The notes: generated by a model from the letters alone, not told the origin. A stretch of DNA of 64,000 bases from an uncultured Gemmatimonadales bacterium (GCA_963828735.1 CAWHFW010000005.1:1184001-1248000); one strand, 5' to 3'. Counted from the first letter of the stretch, positions 1 through 10,072 are shown. A program made the numbers and translations.

Positions 1-88
1 CCGTCTCGTTCTGCGCGGCCGCGACGGCCGGAAACGCATTCAGCAGTCCGAAGGCAAGCAGCCACCCAGGTGCGGTGAGCTTCGTCAT
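1..88 (-). CDS. Partial (N-terminus only) exported protein, possibly PorV/PorQ-family outer-membrane protein
   Basis: ATG at 88 preceded by AGGAG; translates MTKLTAPGWLLAFGLLNAFPAVAAAQNET (signal peptide, AAA|Q). Runs off the window edge. Family guess is from context only. Confidence 0.55.
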   Translation of the reverse strand, partial: MTKLTAPGWLLAFGLLNAFPAVAAAQNET

Positions 89-109
89 GTTGTCATTCTC
101 CTGAAGGTT

Positions 110-133
110 GGGGCGGGTCCGAGGACCCGCCCC
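110..133 (-). terminator. Intercistronic GC-rich stem-loop
   Basis: GGGGCGGGTCC-GA-GGACCCGCCCC perfect 11-nt inverted repeat between co-oriented genes; no U-tract. Confidence 0.55.
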
Positions 134-145
134 CGTCGGGGCCCC

Positions 146-3100
146 TTACTGGGCGAAGTTCACGACCGTGAAGCGGCCCACTCTCCGGGCGCTACCGGCT
201 TCGATGTGATAGAAGTACACACCGCTTGCGACCACCTGGTTGTTGCGGTTCCTGAGGTCCCAGTTGACCTCGCTCCCCTGCGAGTTGCTGGTTGAGCTGT
301 ACTGGCCGCCATGGTGCTCGAGCATACGCACCAGGACGCCGCTCGCCGAGTAGATCCTGATGATCGCATCCTGCGGGAGCCCGACGAATTTCAATACCTT
401 CTGATCGGTGCTCGACTCGAACGCGCTCTTCACGTAGTACGGGTCGGGCACGGTGTGCACGTGGCTGAGATCGTCATCCGTGGCTTCGGCAACGACGCTG
501 CTCACGCCGAACTCGAGCGCCGCCGTGGCGCCGATGGCGGTGAAGGGACGGGTGCCTGCCGGGGTGAAGGTGAAGCTGCCAGGGGTGCCCAGGATCTCTC
601 CGACGTACGACCGGAGTGCCCAGACCGTTCCCTGCGCCGGCAGGGCGGGCATGCTCATCACGAACTGGTCGCCCGCGAGGTAGAAAATGAACCCGCCATC
701 GGCCGCTGGAGCGATCGTGGCCGCCTCGGCCAGCGAGGTCTTGAAGAACGCCACGCTCCCGAGCTGGGCGGTGTTGCTCAGCGCGACCGGCGTGCCGGCG
801 CACTGGATGCGAACGGATGGCTCGGTGACGCCGCCACTCGCCCACGGCTCGACGCATGCCATGTCGGTCGCGGTGAGGACCGTCGGCCGCGCGTCCTGCA
901 CGCTGTTGGCACCCGCGGCCGTGTTCAGGATGCCGAACCCGCCGCCCATGTAGGGCTGGAACGGCACGGGCACGTTGTGCGTGATGTCGATGACCGAGTC
1001 GACCAGGCCGCCGACGCCCCAGTACACGTTGAAGTCCGCGGCACGCCGAACGGTCGGCAGGACCCAGTCCATGTTGCGGTACTCACCATTCAGCTGGATG
1101 TACGGCAGGATCTGCTGAATCGTCGTGACGCCCGTGAGCTGGCCCGCGTTGTTGTAGTTCGTGACGTCGCACTCGGCCGGATTGTGCGGCGTTGCGCTGC
1201 CACCACCGGTGCTGAAGGCGGCCGGCAGACAGTTGCCGCCGTTCGGGTCGTCCTTCGTTTCGTTCGTGACGGGCGAAGGCCCGTCGAACCAGCGCGACCC
1301 GTTGTGGAAGCAGTCGGCGCCGGCGCCGAAGTCGCTGAACCGGCATCCCATGCCCCACCCGCCCAACTCGCTCCCGGTGGGCGCCTTGACGGTGCCCTGG
1401 CCCTGGAGCTTGAACGGCGGGCTGCCCTCGAACCTGGCAGCGGTCGCCGGATCGACGGTCAGCGCTTCGAAGAAGACGCTGGTCGACTCGATCGTCCCTG
1501 CCGCGGCTGCGCTGCCCGCGTACAGAGTCTGGGAGAACGGGATGTTCGTCTTGAAGCTGTCCACGCCGTTGTTCAGGGTCACGTAATACTGCGTCGGGAT
1601 CGTGGGACCGACCGCAGCGCCGTAGAGCGCCGTCGCGTCGTACTGGCCCATATGCAGACTGTCGAGCCGCATCGTGAGCGCGCCGCTCTGGGTCGGCTGG
1701 ATGACCGAGGAAGCGAACTCGCCGACGAAGCCCACCACCCCACCATCAGCCGCCTGGAACGGGCCGCTGAACTTGCCGGTGGTGGCGTCGATCGATGGCG
1801 CCGAGCTGATGGCGGTGTCCATGGCCACCCCGCGCCCGATCACGTGGGTCACGAGGTTGCTCGCGATCTGCTGGTTCGACTCGGCCGGCACCGGGGTCAC
1901 GGCCTTCGTGGCCCGGTTGGACTCGAGGCTCGAGAGACCCGAGACCAGGGAGTTCACGTCGAACGCGACCACCGAGTAGAAGTACCGCAGGCTGTTCCGG
2001 ACGTTCCGGTCGATGAAGATGAACGGCACGCCGGTGTTGGCCAGGTCGGTCGAGACGCCCTGCGCGATGCGCCCCTTCGAGACGTCCGCGAACGCGGTGT
2101 CCAGGGTACCCGGCAGGATCTGCGCCTTGCCGTCCGCGAGCAGCACGCGGTTGCCCGGGGTGACCTGGGTGATGGTGCCGACAATATCGATGTCCGCGTT
2201 GCCGACGAACGGGCTGCCCGGCGCCGGCGTGGAGTACACGATCCCCGCGCAGTCGAGCGTGACACCCAGCTCGGGCGCGCAGGTCGCCGTCGGATTGACC
2301 AGGGCACGGAAGTCCTTGAAGATGCCCTTCCCGGTGGCCGGATCAGGCGCATAGTCGAATTGCGCGACCAGCTGCAGCTCGGTCGGGCTGCTGGTCCGGC
2401 CGCGGTAGATCCGGTAGCCCTCGACGTCGTTGCCGCGGAAGTTCGGGTCGTACAGCGGATTCGGGTTGCCGTCCTTCGTGGGCTCGCTGGCCACCTGGAA
2501 GAACGGATCAGGCGTCGTCTCCGTGGCCGAGGCGGCCCAGAGGACGGTGACCTGGTTGTTGCCCGGGACCAGGAAGAACTCGGGGCGCTCCGGCGCGAAC
2601 GGGAGCAGGAACTTCCCGTCGAACACCGCCTGCGCCACGGTGGCCTTGCCCAGCAGGGAGCCCGGCTGGGTCACGAACTCGGCCTGGCTGACCTTGGTGG
2701 GGTCGGTGTCGGTCGGGCCACCGTTGTTGAAGCCGATGTAGCCGGTCATCTGATCGATCTGGTTGACACCGGTCGCCATCCGGGCAGGATCCCCAAGAAT
2801 GGTCAGGTCGCCATTCGAGGTGGCGGGCTTCACGTCGCACGCGGCGCCGGGGCAGCCACCCGCCGAGACAGGCGCGGCGAAGATGTACGCCACCACGATC
2901 GTGCCCGAGCCGCCGGGCGCGAGGTTGAGCGGACCGGAGGACTCGAAGAACCGCATGTCCGCCGCGCTGCCGATGTTGACGAAGCAGATCTTGGAGACGA
3001 GCGGGTCGGCCAGCGAGCAGGCGCCGTCGGTCGGCAGCAGGCCGCCCGTGATGTACCGGTAGAGCTGCCTGTCGTCGTTCGGGTCCTGCAGCGAGCCGGA

Positions 3101-4231
3101 CGACCGGGAGAACGTGCCGAACAGCGACAGGCCGACCTCGTTGCCCAGACTATCCACGGGGCTGCGAAGGTACTTCACGCCCACGAAGCCCACGCCGTTG
3201 AAGAACGGCGCCGAGCCGAAGATGGCCGGGTCGAACGTCCAGCCGATGCTCCGGGCCGTCGCCTCGCTGAACGTGTGCTCGTAGGTGTAACCCATCGCGA
3301 ACGGCACGTTGACACTGGCGTAGTTCGCGTCGGCCTGGGCCACGTCCATGTCCGCCACGAACGCGGCGAACAAGTTGTTGATGGTGTAGCCGCCGGCCGG
3401 GAGGTTGATCCCGTACTTGGCGGTGTTGAGCGCCTGGAAGTCCGCGGCCTTCTGCAGCAGCACCTCGCGCATGGCCGGGCGGATCGCCGCGTAGTCGGCC
3501 GCGTTGGTGCTGGTGATGTTGTAGAAGGTGTAGACGAAGTAGATGATGTCCTGGTTGCCGCTGGGGAAGTTCCAGCCGAGCGCCCGGGTCTCGACCGCGA
3601 TGCCGAGCGGGTGGGCGCGGCTCTCGAGGCGGGCCGGATTGCCCTCCCAGCTCACGAACCAGAGGTCGCCCTGGGACGCGGCGATGCCACCCTGCAGCGC
3701 CGGGTCGAACAGGTCGCCCTGCGGGTCACTGCCCAGCGCCAGGTCGACACATGGCGTGGCCGTGGAGCCGACCGCGCACGGCACGCGCGCGACGTCGGGC
3801 CAGTTGGCCGCGTCGGTCGCGTCGGCGGATGCGAAGATCGGCCGGACCTCTTCGCCGTTGTCGCCGCCGGCCGTGTTGTTGAAGAACGCGCCCGCGGTGT
3901 CACCCGCGAACCCGTTCACCGACTTGTCGCCGGGTTCGATGACGCCGGCGATGTTGATGCCGGAGCCGAAGACGTATTGGTCAGCGGTGCCGCGGGGCCA
4001 GATGCCGCCGCCGACCGTCGACGAGCCCGTGGCGCAGATCTGGCCGGACGAGAACACCCGGCACTGCACCCGGTTCGGCGTGAAGACGTTCTGGGCACTC
4101 GAAAAGAGCCGGAACCCGCCGGGCTTCGAGGGCCGCGGCTTGGCGACCGCCGTCGAGGCGACCGTGGCGCCCAGCGCCAGGGCCGCGACGACTGCCCGCA
4201 AGACTACGCGCTGACAACGCGAGAAACGCAT
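146..4231 (-). CDS. Large secreted protein with C-terminal T9SS-CTD/FlgD-Ig-like domain
   Basis: AAGGAGGA before ATG 4231; N-terminal signal peptide; FnIII-like segment (VTVLW..., VEGYRIYRG, YFYSVVAFD); C-terminus VPDPY...IRIYSASGVLVRML...WDLRNRNNQVVASGVYFYHI. Confidence 0.8.
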   Translation of the reverse strand: MRFSRCQRVVLRAVVAALALGATVASTAVAKPRPSKPGGFRLFSSAQNVFTPNRVQCRVFSSGQICATGSSTVGGGIWPRGTADQYVFGSGINIAGVIEPGDKSVNGFAGDTAGAFFNNTAGGDNGEEVRPIFASADATDAANWPDVARVPCAVGSTATPCVDLALGSDPQGDLFDPALQGGIAASQGDLWFVSWEGNPARLESRAHPLGIAVETRALGWNFPSGNQDIIYFVYTFYNITSTNAADYAAIRPAMREVLLQKAADFQALNTAKYGINLPAGGYTINNLFAAFVADMDVAQADANYASVNVPFAMGYTYEHTFSEATARSIGWTFDPAIFGSAPFFNGVGFVGVKYLRSPVDSLGNEVGLSLFGTFSRSSGSLQDPNDDRQLYRYITGGLLPTDGACSLADPLVSKICFVNIGSAADMRFFESSGPLNLAPGGSGTIVVAYIFAAPVSAGGCPGAACDVKPATSNGDLTILGDPARMATGVNQIDQMTGYIGFNNGGPTDTDPTKVSQAEFVTQPGSLLGKATVAQAVFDGKFLLPFAPERPEFFLVPGNNQVTVLWAASATETTPDPFFQVASEPTKDGNPNPLYDPNFRGNDVEGYRIYRGRTSSPTELQLVAQFDYAPDPATGKGIFKDFRALVNPTATCAPELGVTLDCAGIVYSTPAPGSPFVGNADIDIVGTITQVTPGNRVLLADGKAQILPGTLDTAFADVSKGRIAQGVSTDLANTGVPFIFIDRNVRNSLRYFYSVVAFDVNSLVSGLSSLESNRATKAVTPVPAESNQQIASNLVTHVIGRGVAMDTAISSAPSIDATTGKFSGPFQAADGGVVGFVGEFASSVIQPTQSGALTMRLDSLHMGQYDATALYGAAVGPTIPTQYYVTLNNGVDSFKTNIPFSQTLYAGSAAAAGTIESTSVFFEALTVDPATAARFEGSPPFKLQGQGTVKAPTGSELGGWGMGCRFSDFGAGADCFHNGSRWFDGPSPVTNETKDDPNGGNCLPAAFSTGGGSATPHNPAECDVTNYNNAGQLTGVTTIQQILPYIQLNGEYRNMDWVLPTVRRAADFNVYWGVGGLVDSVIDITHNVPVPFQPYMGGGFGILNTAAGANSVQDARPTVLTATDMACVEPWASGGVTEPSVRIQCAGTPVALSNTAQLGSVAFFKTSLAEAATIAPAADGGFIFYLAGDQFVMSMPALPAQGTVWALRSYVGEILGTPGSFTFTPAGTRPFTAIGATAALEFGVSSVVAEATDDDLSHVHTVPDPYYVKSAFESSTDQKVLKFVGLPQDAIIRIYSASGVLVRMLEHHGGQYSSTSNSQGSEVNWDLRNRNNQVVASGVYFYHIEAGSARRVGRFTVVNFAQ

Positions 4232-4271
4232 CCCGTCCTCCTTAGAGAGATACACAGCCCCCTCGCCTGCC

Positions 4272-4299
4272 GCGGGCCGGCCGAATCCGGCCGACCCGC
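4272..4299 (-). terminator. Intercistronic stem-loop
   Basis: Minus strand GCGGGUCGGCCG-GAUU-CGGCCGGCCCGC, 12-bp stem with one G-U pair. Confidence 0.5.
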
Positions 4300-4320
4300 A
4301 GCATGCTCGGGGTGTTTACA

Positions 4321-7300
4321 TCAGAAGTTGATCTCGAAGCCCAGGCGGGCCCGGCGCGGGGCGCCGTACTGCTCCTGCGTGCCGCGGCCGACGTCGTACA
4401 GCGCATTGATCGCGCTCGTCTGCTCCTCGAGCGTGTAGACGTGGTCGCCGTTGCCATAGCGCTCTTCGGCGCGGATCAGGTAGACACAGTTGGCGGCAGC
4501 CGGATCGTTCTTGCTGCTCACCCAGGTGTTGCAGCTCGCGCGCGGATCCGCCGCCCCACCGAAGGTGAGGTCGAGCGCTCCGTCGGGCCCGACCGCATTG
4601 TTGTTGTCGCGCTCGGAGGCCAGGTCGTCCAGATCGGCCTTCAGGTTCTCGGCGCGCTCGTTGTCGTTCCGCACGTCGCCGTTCACCGCGAAGACCTGGA
4701 GCACGTTCTTGAAGTTCAGCATGTTCCGGACGTCGAGATAGCCCGTCAGGTCCAGCTTACCCAGCGAGAAGCCCTTGGTGAACTTCGCGTTGAGCTCCTT
4801 GAGGGCCGGAAGCCGCTGCGTGTTGATGCCCTCGGGGAACAGGCGCACGCAGTTCTCGATGGACATGATGCTCTGCTCTTCGGCGCTCTCGCCGCACTTG
4901 GTGTACGCGGTGCCGCTGGTGTAGCGGAACGTCGCGAACACGCTGGTGTTCTGGAAGATCGTGCCGGAGACGGTGCCCTTGTTCCAGTCGTCCGGCATGG
5001 TGACCGAGAACGCGGTCGCCAGCGTGTGCGGCCGGCTGTTGTCGGTGGGCAGGATGCCCTGCGGCGGCGGCTGGGCGCCGTTGTTGCCACCGACCTGGTT
5101 CACGATGCGCGACCCGTAGTTCACGTAGGTGAACGGATCGGAACCGGTGTTCTTGGCCTGCTGGAACGAGTAGCTGAACGTGCCGTTGAAGTAGTTGCCG
5201 AAACGGCGGTCGAGGCGGACGTCGAGACCGCGGACGTTCCCGAAGTCCAGGTTCGTCAGGATGCGGAAGTCGTTGTCGCGCCTGAGGGCCGGGTCGTACA
5301 GGGTGACCAGGCGGGCCGCCGGATCGGACACGATGTCCTTGTTGTACGCCGCGACGTCGAGCACCATGTCGTCGCTGAACGCGTGCCGGATGCCGAACTC
5401 GAAGGTGATCGTCTTGCCGAAGTCGAGGTCCGACCCGAACACCTGGTTGGTGTTGGTGTTGCCCAGGTCGGTGTTGATGCCGCCGAGGAGCAGCGCGAAG
5501 TCAGGCGTCTGCACCTGGTGGGCGTACGACAGACGGAAGTTCGTCTTGTCGGTCACCGGGAACGACACCTGGACGTGCGGGCTCAGGTAGTCGTGGTGCT
5601 TGTCCTTCACGAAGATCGACGTCGGATTGGTCTGGTCGAACCCGGGCATGCTCGAGACGCGCGGGAACGCATAGGTGTTGCCCAGCGTGTCCGTCGCGAA
5701 CGGGCGGGAGGCACGGGTGTCGTAGTAGTCGTACCGCAGGCCGCCCACCACGACCACGTCACCCAGGTCGAGGCGGTCTTCCACGTAGCCGTTCCACCGG
5801 ATCGGCTTCTCGCGATACGCGTCCGAGAAGAACTTGTCCTGGAGGCGGAACGTGTAGTTGTCGATGTGGTACTGGGTGAACTCGGCGCCGATGTTGAGGC
5901 GGTTGTACCGGTCGGCCTGCCAGTCGAGCTTGGCCTTGCCGATGTACCGGTCTTCCTTGTACAGGCTGAGCCGGGTGGGGAAGCCGTTGCCGTTGGCCGG
6001 GCCGCCGCCCTCGCCGAAGGTCCAGGTGGCGCCGTCCAGCGTGTTGGCGAAGTTCTGGTACTGGCCGTACAGGCCGTAGGCGTTGTTCCGGGTCACATCG
6101 AGGATGTTGTAGATGCCGCCGTTGTTGGCGTCGAACGGCGTGATCCGGCCCTGGTTGACCCGGACGTTGTTGATCAGCTCGTCGGTGATCGGGAACTTGT
6201 CGAAATCGAACAGGAACTTCATCGGCGACATGATGAAGCCGCCGAACGGATCACGCGTGGAGAGATCGCTCTCGGTCGTGAGCGGGCTGTTGATCGTCCG
6301 GTCCTGCTGGTACGACAGCGCCACGTCGAGGGCCAGCGCCCGCTCGCTGCTCTTGCTCAGGTTCTGGGTCCAGTTCAGCGTCGCGAAGTAGTTCCGGTTG
6401 GAGAACCCGCGATCGGATGACGGGAGCGAGATGTTGTTGATGTACGAGATGATGAACGGGAAGGTGTGGCCCTGGTTCCGGCTGGTGGCCAGACTGAGCG
6501 AGAGTCGCGAGCCCGTGCCGTAGGTGTAGTTCAGCTTGCCCGACGCCGTGTAGAGCGTCGAGGCGGTCGCCGGAAGGCGGACGCCGTTGCAGTCCAGCCC
6601 GAAGTTGTTCCGGATCTGGTTGATGTACCCGGCGTCGGCGCCGTTCACGCCGTCGGCGCCCGCGTTCTGGAAGGCGTCGCACTTGCCGCGCGAGATCGCA
6701 TAGTTGTAGATCGGCACCTGGGTCGAGTCGGCGGTAGCCGATTCGTCTTCCGGGGTGGCCGGATCATCCAGCGCGCTGAGCTGAGTGATCGTCGTGTCGA
6801 TGCCCGCCGGCAGGAAGATCGGCACGTTCTCGCTGCCGAAGCCTTCCTCCGCGGCCTTGTGGCCCTCGAGCGTGCCGCTCAACGCGAAGGTGAGGCGACC
6901 CGCCAGCGGCCCGCTGAAGGCGCCTTCGAACCGGTTGAACCCGACCGAGTGGTTCACGCCGAACGGCTCGTCCGTCGAATAGGAGAACGACCCGTTGTAA
7001 TCGCTCCCGCCGGTCTTGGTGACGTAGTTGATGATACCGGACTTGGCGTTGCCGAACTCGGCGGAGGAGGAACCGGTGGTGACGGAGGCTTCTTCGAAGG
7101 CGTTGGTGCCGATCTCGAGCGCCGTGCCGGCGGAGCCCGCGAATCGATCGCCGCGGTAGCCGGCCTGGACCGGGACGCCGTCGACGTACGTGGCGGCTTC
7201 GTTGTTGCGGCCGCCGCGGATCGAGAGCTTCCCGGCGTTGTCCGCGGTGACGCCCGGCTGGAGCTTGAGGACGTCGTTGATCCGGTCGACCGGGAGCGCG

Positions 7301-7752
7301 TCGGCGAACTGGCCGTCTACCCGCTGCTTGGTCGTGACCTCGTCACGCGGCACGAGCGGCTGCGTCTCCGTGACGACGGTGATCTCCTGGATCTGCACGG
7401 CCGTCTGCTCGAGCTGCACGTCCACCGTGATCGTCTGGCCGGCGAGCACCTTCACGCCTTCGACCTGGGTCGACTTGTAGCCGATGAAGTTGGCGCGCAC
7501 CACCACCGATCCGGCGGGGATGTTGTTGATGAAGTAGTAGCCCTGCGGGTTGGTCAGGGCGTTGAACGCCGTCCCAACCACGAACACCTGGGCGTTGGCA
7601 ATGGGCGCGCCCGCTTGGTCGCGCACCCTGCCTTCGATCTTACCAGTCGAGCCTTGGGCGAGGAGCGAGCTTGCTCCCAGGCCCAGCGCGACTGCCGCGC
7701 ACGCGATGACCCGCGCAACGCGTACGAAGGCGCTGACACGGCAATGCTTCAT
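4321..7752 (-). CDS. TonB-dependent outer-membrane receptor with N-terminal carboxypeptidase-regulatory-like domain
   Basis: GGAGGA before ATG 7752; signal peptide; GKIEGRVRD domain; plug motif LSIRGGR...YVDGVPV; barrel motifs GGLRYDYY, LSPHVQVSF; terminal RLGFEINF. Confidence 0.9.
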   Translation of the reverse strand: MKHCRVSAFVRVARVIACAAVALGLGASSLLAQGSTGKIEGRVRDQAGAPIANAQVFVVGTAFNALTNPQGYYFINNIPAGSVVVRANFIGYKSTQVEGVKVLAGQTITVDVQLEQTAVQIQEITVVTETQPLVPRDEVTTKQRVDGQFADALPVDRINDVLKLQPGVTADNAGKLSIRGGRNNEAATYVDGVPVQAGYRGDRFAGSAGTALEIGTNAFEEASVTTGSSSAEFGNAKSGIINYVTKTGGSDYNGSFSYSTDEPFGVNHSVGFNRFEGAFSGPLAGRLTFALSGTLEGHKAAEEGFGSENVPIFLPAGIDTTITQLSALDDPATPEDESATADSTQVPIYNYAISRGKCDAFQNAGADGVNGADAGYINQIRNNFGLDCNGVRLPATASTLYTASGKLNYTYGTGSRLSLSLATSRNQGHTFPFIISYINNISLPSSDRGFSNRNYFATLNWTQNLSKSSERALALDVALSYQQDRTINSPLTTESDLSTRDPFGGFIMSPMKFLFDFDKFPITDELINNVRVNQGRITPFDANNGGIYNILDVTRNNAYGLYGQYQNFANTLDGATWTFGEGGGPANGNGFPTRLSLYKEDRYIGKAKLDWQADRYNRLNIGAEFTQYHIDNYTFRLQDKFFSDAYREKPIRWNGYVEDRLDLGDVVVVGGLRYDYYDTRASRPFATDTLGNTYAFPRVSSMPGFDQTNPTSIFVKDKHHDYLSPHVQVSFPVTDKTNFRLSYAHQVQTPDFALLLGGINTDLGNTNTNQVFGSDLDFGKTITFEFGIRHAFSDDMVLDVAAYNKDIVSDPAARLVTLYDPALRRDNDFRILTNLDFGNVRGLDVRLDRRFGNYFNGTFSYSFQQAKNTGSDPFTYVNYGSRIVNQVGGNNGAQPPPQGILPTDNSRPHTLATAFSVTMPDDWNKGTVSGTIFQNTSVFATFRYTSGTAYTKCGESAEEQSIMSIENCVRLFPEGINTQRLPALKELNAKFTKGFSLGKLDLTGYLDVRNMLNFKNVLQVFAVNGDVRNDNERAENLKADLDDLASERDNNNAVGPDGALDLTFGGAADPRASCNTWVSSKNDPAAANCVYLIRAEERYGNGDHVYTLEEQTSAINALYDVGRGTQEQYGAPRRARLGFEINF

Positions 7753-7941
7753 GGATACGTCCTCCAAAGGCGTGAACCTGCACGTACGACCGACCGTGAG
7801 CGGGGAGCGCACGCCTCCCCATGGCTCTGGGCCTGCTTCGAGATGCGGCCTGCTGTGGGAGTACGTCCTACGTTGAGAAGAGGGGGCGCAATGTCGGTTC
7901 CGACATCGCGTGCGACAACCGCGGCCCGGCCGTCGCAGCCT

Positions 7942-7970
7942 AATATGAAGCCCGTAAAATTTCGTGTCAA
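7942..7970 (-). promoter_or_regulatory. sigma70-type promoter of the TonB receptor operon
   Basis: Minus strand TTGACA-N17-CATATT in an AT-richer patch. Confidence 0.65.
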
Positions 7971-8232
7971 GCAAGGGTCACACACGCGCACTCGGCGAAT
8001 CACCGCCGGCGTAACTCTCTGAAACCGAGGCAGTTGCCTATTGAAACAACCTGCAAGCGGTCGGGCGCGCGCGATCGAGCGGCGGTGCGCTGACGCAACC
8101 GAGAAACCGTCGCGGGCGCGAACACAAAAAAGCGGGCGCTGTGTATTCGGATTGGTACAGGGAAATAGACGGACGCGATTCTAACGTATCGCCGGAGATT
8201 TGGGAAGGGGTCGCCCTCCGCGACCCGGTTTC

Positions 8233-9402
8233 CTAGGCCGGTGCGAGGATCAGCTCGGCCTGCGGCTCGCGCGGAGTGACCTCCGGACCCGACCCACCCC
8301 AGTGCATGTTGACCTCGCTCCGTACGCCGAATTCGCCAGGGAGGTATACCCCCGGCTCCACCGAGAACCCGATGCCGGGAATCAGCCGGCGGTCGTCGTG
8401 GGTCTCGTAGTCGTCCAGATGCGGTCCCGAGCCGTGCAGGTCCCGGTCGATCGAGTGGCCGGTGCGATGCACGAACCGCTCCCCGAGCCCCGCCGCCTCG
8501 ATGACCCCGCGCGCGGCCCGGTCCGCCTCGAAGCCCGCGATCGGCCGCCCCTCCGCCACCGCGGTCCGGACCAGCGCCACCGCCGCCTCCCGCGCCGAGC
8601 GCACCACCTCCCACACCCGGGCGACGCGCTCGGGCGGGCGCTCGCCGGCGAAGCCCATCCAGGTCTGGTCCGCGAAGACCGTGGTCCGGCTCCGGCCGGC
8701 CCACAGGTCGAGCAGCACCACGTCACCCGCGCGAAGCGTGGCGTCCCGGCCGGGCTGCGGCTCGTAGTGGGGGTTGGCGGAGTTGGGACCGAACCCGACG
8801 ATCGGCAGGGTGTCGAAGACGAGCCCTCTGGCCTCCACCGCCGCCACGACCCGCGCCTGGAGCGCGGTCTCGGTGAGGCCCCTGCCCGCCTCGCGAACGG
8901 CCCGCGCGAGCGCGGCGCGGGCGACGTCCGCCAGCACCTCCGCGGCGAACCGGTGGTCCGCCGCCTCCGCCGCCGTCCATCCCGACGCGAACCGGCTGAC
9001 CAGCGGCGCCGAGGGAACCACCGTGCCCCCCAGCCGACGCACCAGCTCCACCACGCCGCTCGGCACGCGATCGAGGTACGGCACGGCGTCGTCCGGGAAC
9101 ACCTCCATCGCCAGGCGCTTGCCCGCCACGACCGCCCCCAGGGCCGCGTGCAGCTCCTCCCATCGAGCATACGGCACGACCCGCCCCGGGAATCGTTCCA
9201 CCGGCGCGAGCTCGATCCGGTGGGCCACCGCCACCGGCTCGCCCTCCGCCGGCAGCAGGACGAACAGCCGACGGGTGTTGAGTCCCTCGAGCTCGAGGAT
9301 GCGGGTCGCGACCGGATTGAGCCCGTGGAAGGCGTACAGGAGCCAGCCGTCCGCCCCGGCCGCCGCGAGCTCCTCTCGCAGCGCGTCGCGGTCGGGGATC
9401 AC
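8233..9402 (-). CDS. M24 family metallopeptidase (Xaa-Pro aminopeptidase-like)
   Basis: LLDLW...ADQTW, HRTGHSI, FSVEPGVY, GVRSE metal-ligand motifs; GTG start overlaps upstream stop. Confidence 0.9.
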   Translation of the reverse strand: MIPDRDALREELAAAGADGWLLYAFHGLNPVATRILELEGLNTRRLFVLLPAEGEPVAVAHRIELAPVERFPGRVVPYARWEELHAALGAVVAGKRLAMEVFPDDAVPYLDRVPSGVVELVRRLGGTVVPSAPLVSRFASGWTAAEAADHRFAAEVLADVARAALARAVREAGRGLTETALQARVVAAVEARGLVFDTLPIVGFGPNSANPHYEPQPGRDATLRAGDVVLLDLWAGRSRTTVFADQTWMGFAGERPPERVARVWEVVRSAREAAVALVRTAVAEGRPIAGFEADRAARGVIEAAGLGERFVHRTGHSIDRDLHGSGPHLDDYETHDDRRLIPGIGFSVEPGVYLPGEFGVRSEVNMHWGGSGPEVTPREPQAELILAPA

Positions 9403-10028
9403 TCGTAGACCTCCGCGGCCGCGCTCCGCCAGACGCACGCATCGTCCCCGCGCGAGCGGCAGCGCTCGTGCAGCATGGCGCCCTCGAACGCCGTGAGCTT
9501 GCGGAGCAGCTCGCCGTAGGCCGCTCCGTAGAAGGCGCAGGCGGCGCCGTCCGGCACGGCCAGGATCGAGAGCGGATCGCTCATCCGCACCTCGGTATCG
9601 TGCGCCGGGACCCGCAGGTCGCCCCCGAAGATCTGGCGCGCCAGCCGCGAAGCCGCCCGCAGCGATACCTGGCGGCCGAGCCCCGCGGGCGACATGCGCG
9701 CGAGCGTCCGCGCCGATCGCCCGCGCGAGCGCGCGGCGTAGCGCGCGGCCCGACGGCCCGCGTCGGCGAAGACCAGCGCGGCGTCCGGGCGCCGGCTCAC
9801 CAACCGGAGCACGCTCACCACCTCGTCGAGCTCCACCGTCCCCTCTCGCTCGGCCGCCACGCGGTAGCGCTGGATCTGCGCCGCGACCGTCGGGCTCAGG
9901 CCGAGCCGCCGGACCACGATCTCTTCGGCGAGCTCGTCGAGTCCGTCTTCGACGGGTGTGTCCAGATTGCGGATCGCCTCGAGCAGGCTGAGCGGAAGCA
10001 GCGCGGGAACGGCGGCGGGAGTAGGCAC
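9399..10028 (-). CDS. V4R-domain-like protein
   Basis: C-terminal ACAFYG...HERCRSRGDDACVW resembles the V4R Cys motif; start codon uncertain. Confidence 0.6.
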   Translation of the reverse strand: MPTPAAVPALLPLSLLEAIRNLDTPVEDGLDELAEEIVVRRLGLSPTVAAQIQRYRVAAEREGTVELDEVVSVLRLVSRRPDAALVFADAGRRAARYAARSRGRSARTLARMSPAGLGRQVSLRAASRLARQIFGGDLRVPAHDTEVRMSDPLSILAVPDGAACAFYGAAYGELLRKLTAFEGAMLHERCRSRGDDACVWRSAAAEVYE

Positions 10029-10072
10029 GGAGTTTGTGTTCCTGAAGCTAGTGGGTCCATTACATTCTTTCC

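Noticed and set aside
7753..7941. Cobalamin riboswitch upstream of the TonB receptor
   Set aside because: No B12-box or GCCACUG core found; kept only as an unassigned structured leader.
311..8022. Very long plus-strand ORFs (311-4438, 4303-6420, 6466-8022) and similar antisense ORFs throughout
   Set aside because: Shadow frames of real minus-strand genes in high-GC DNA; Arg/Gly/Val-rich with no motifs.
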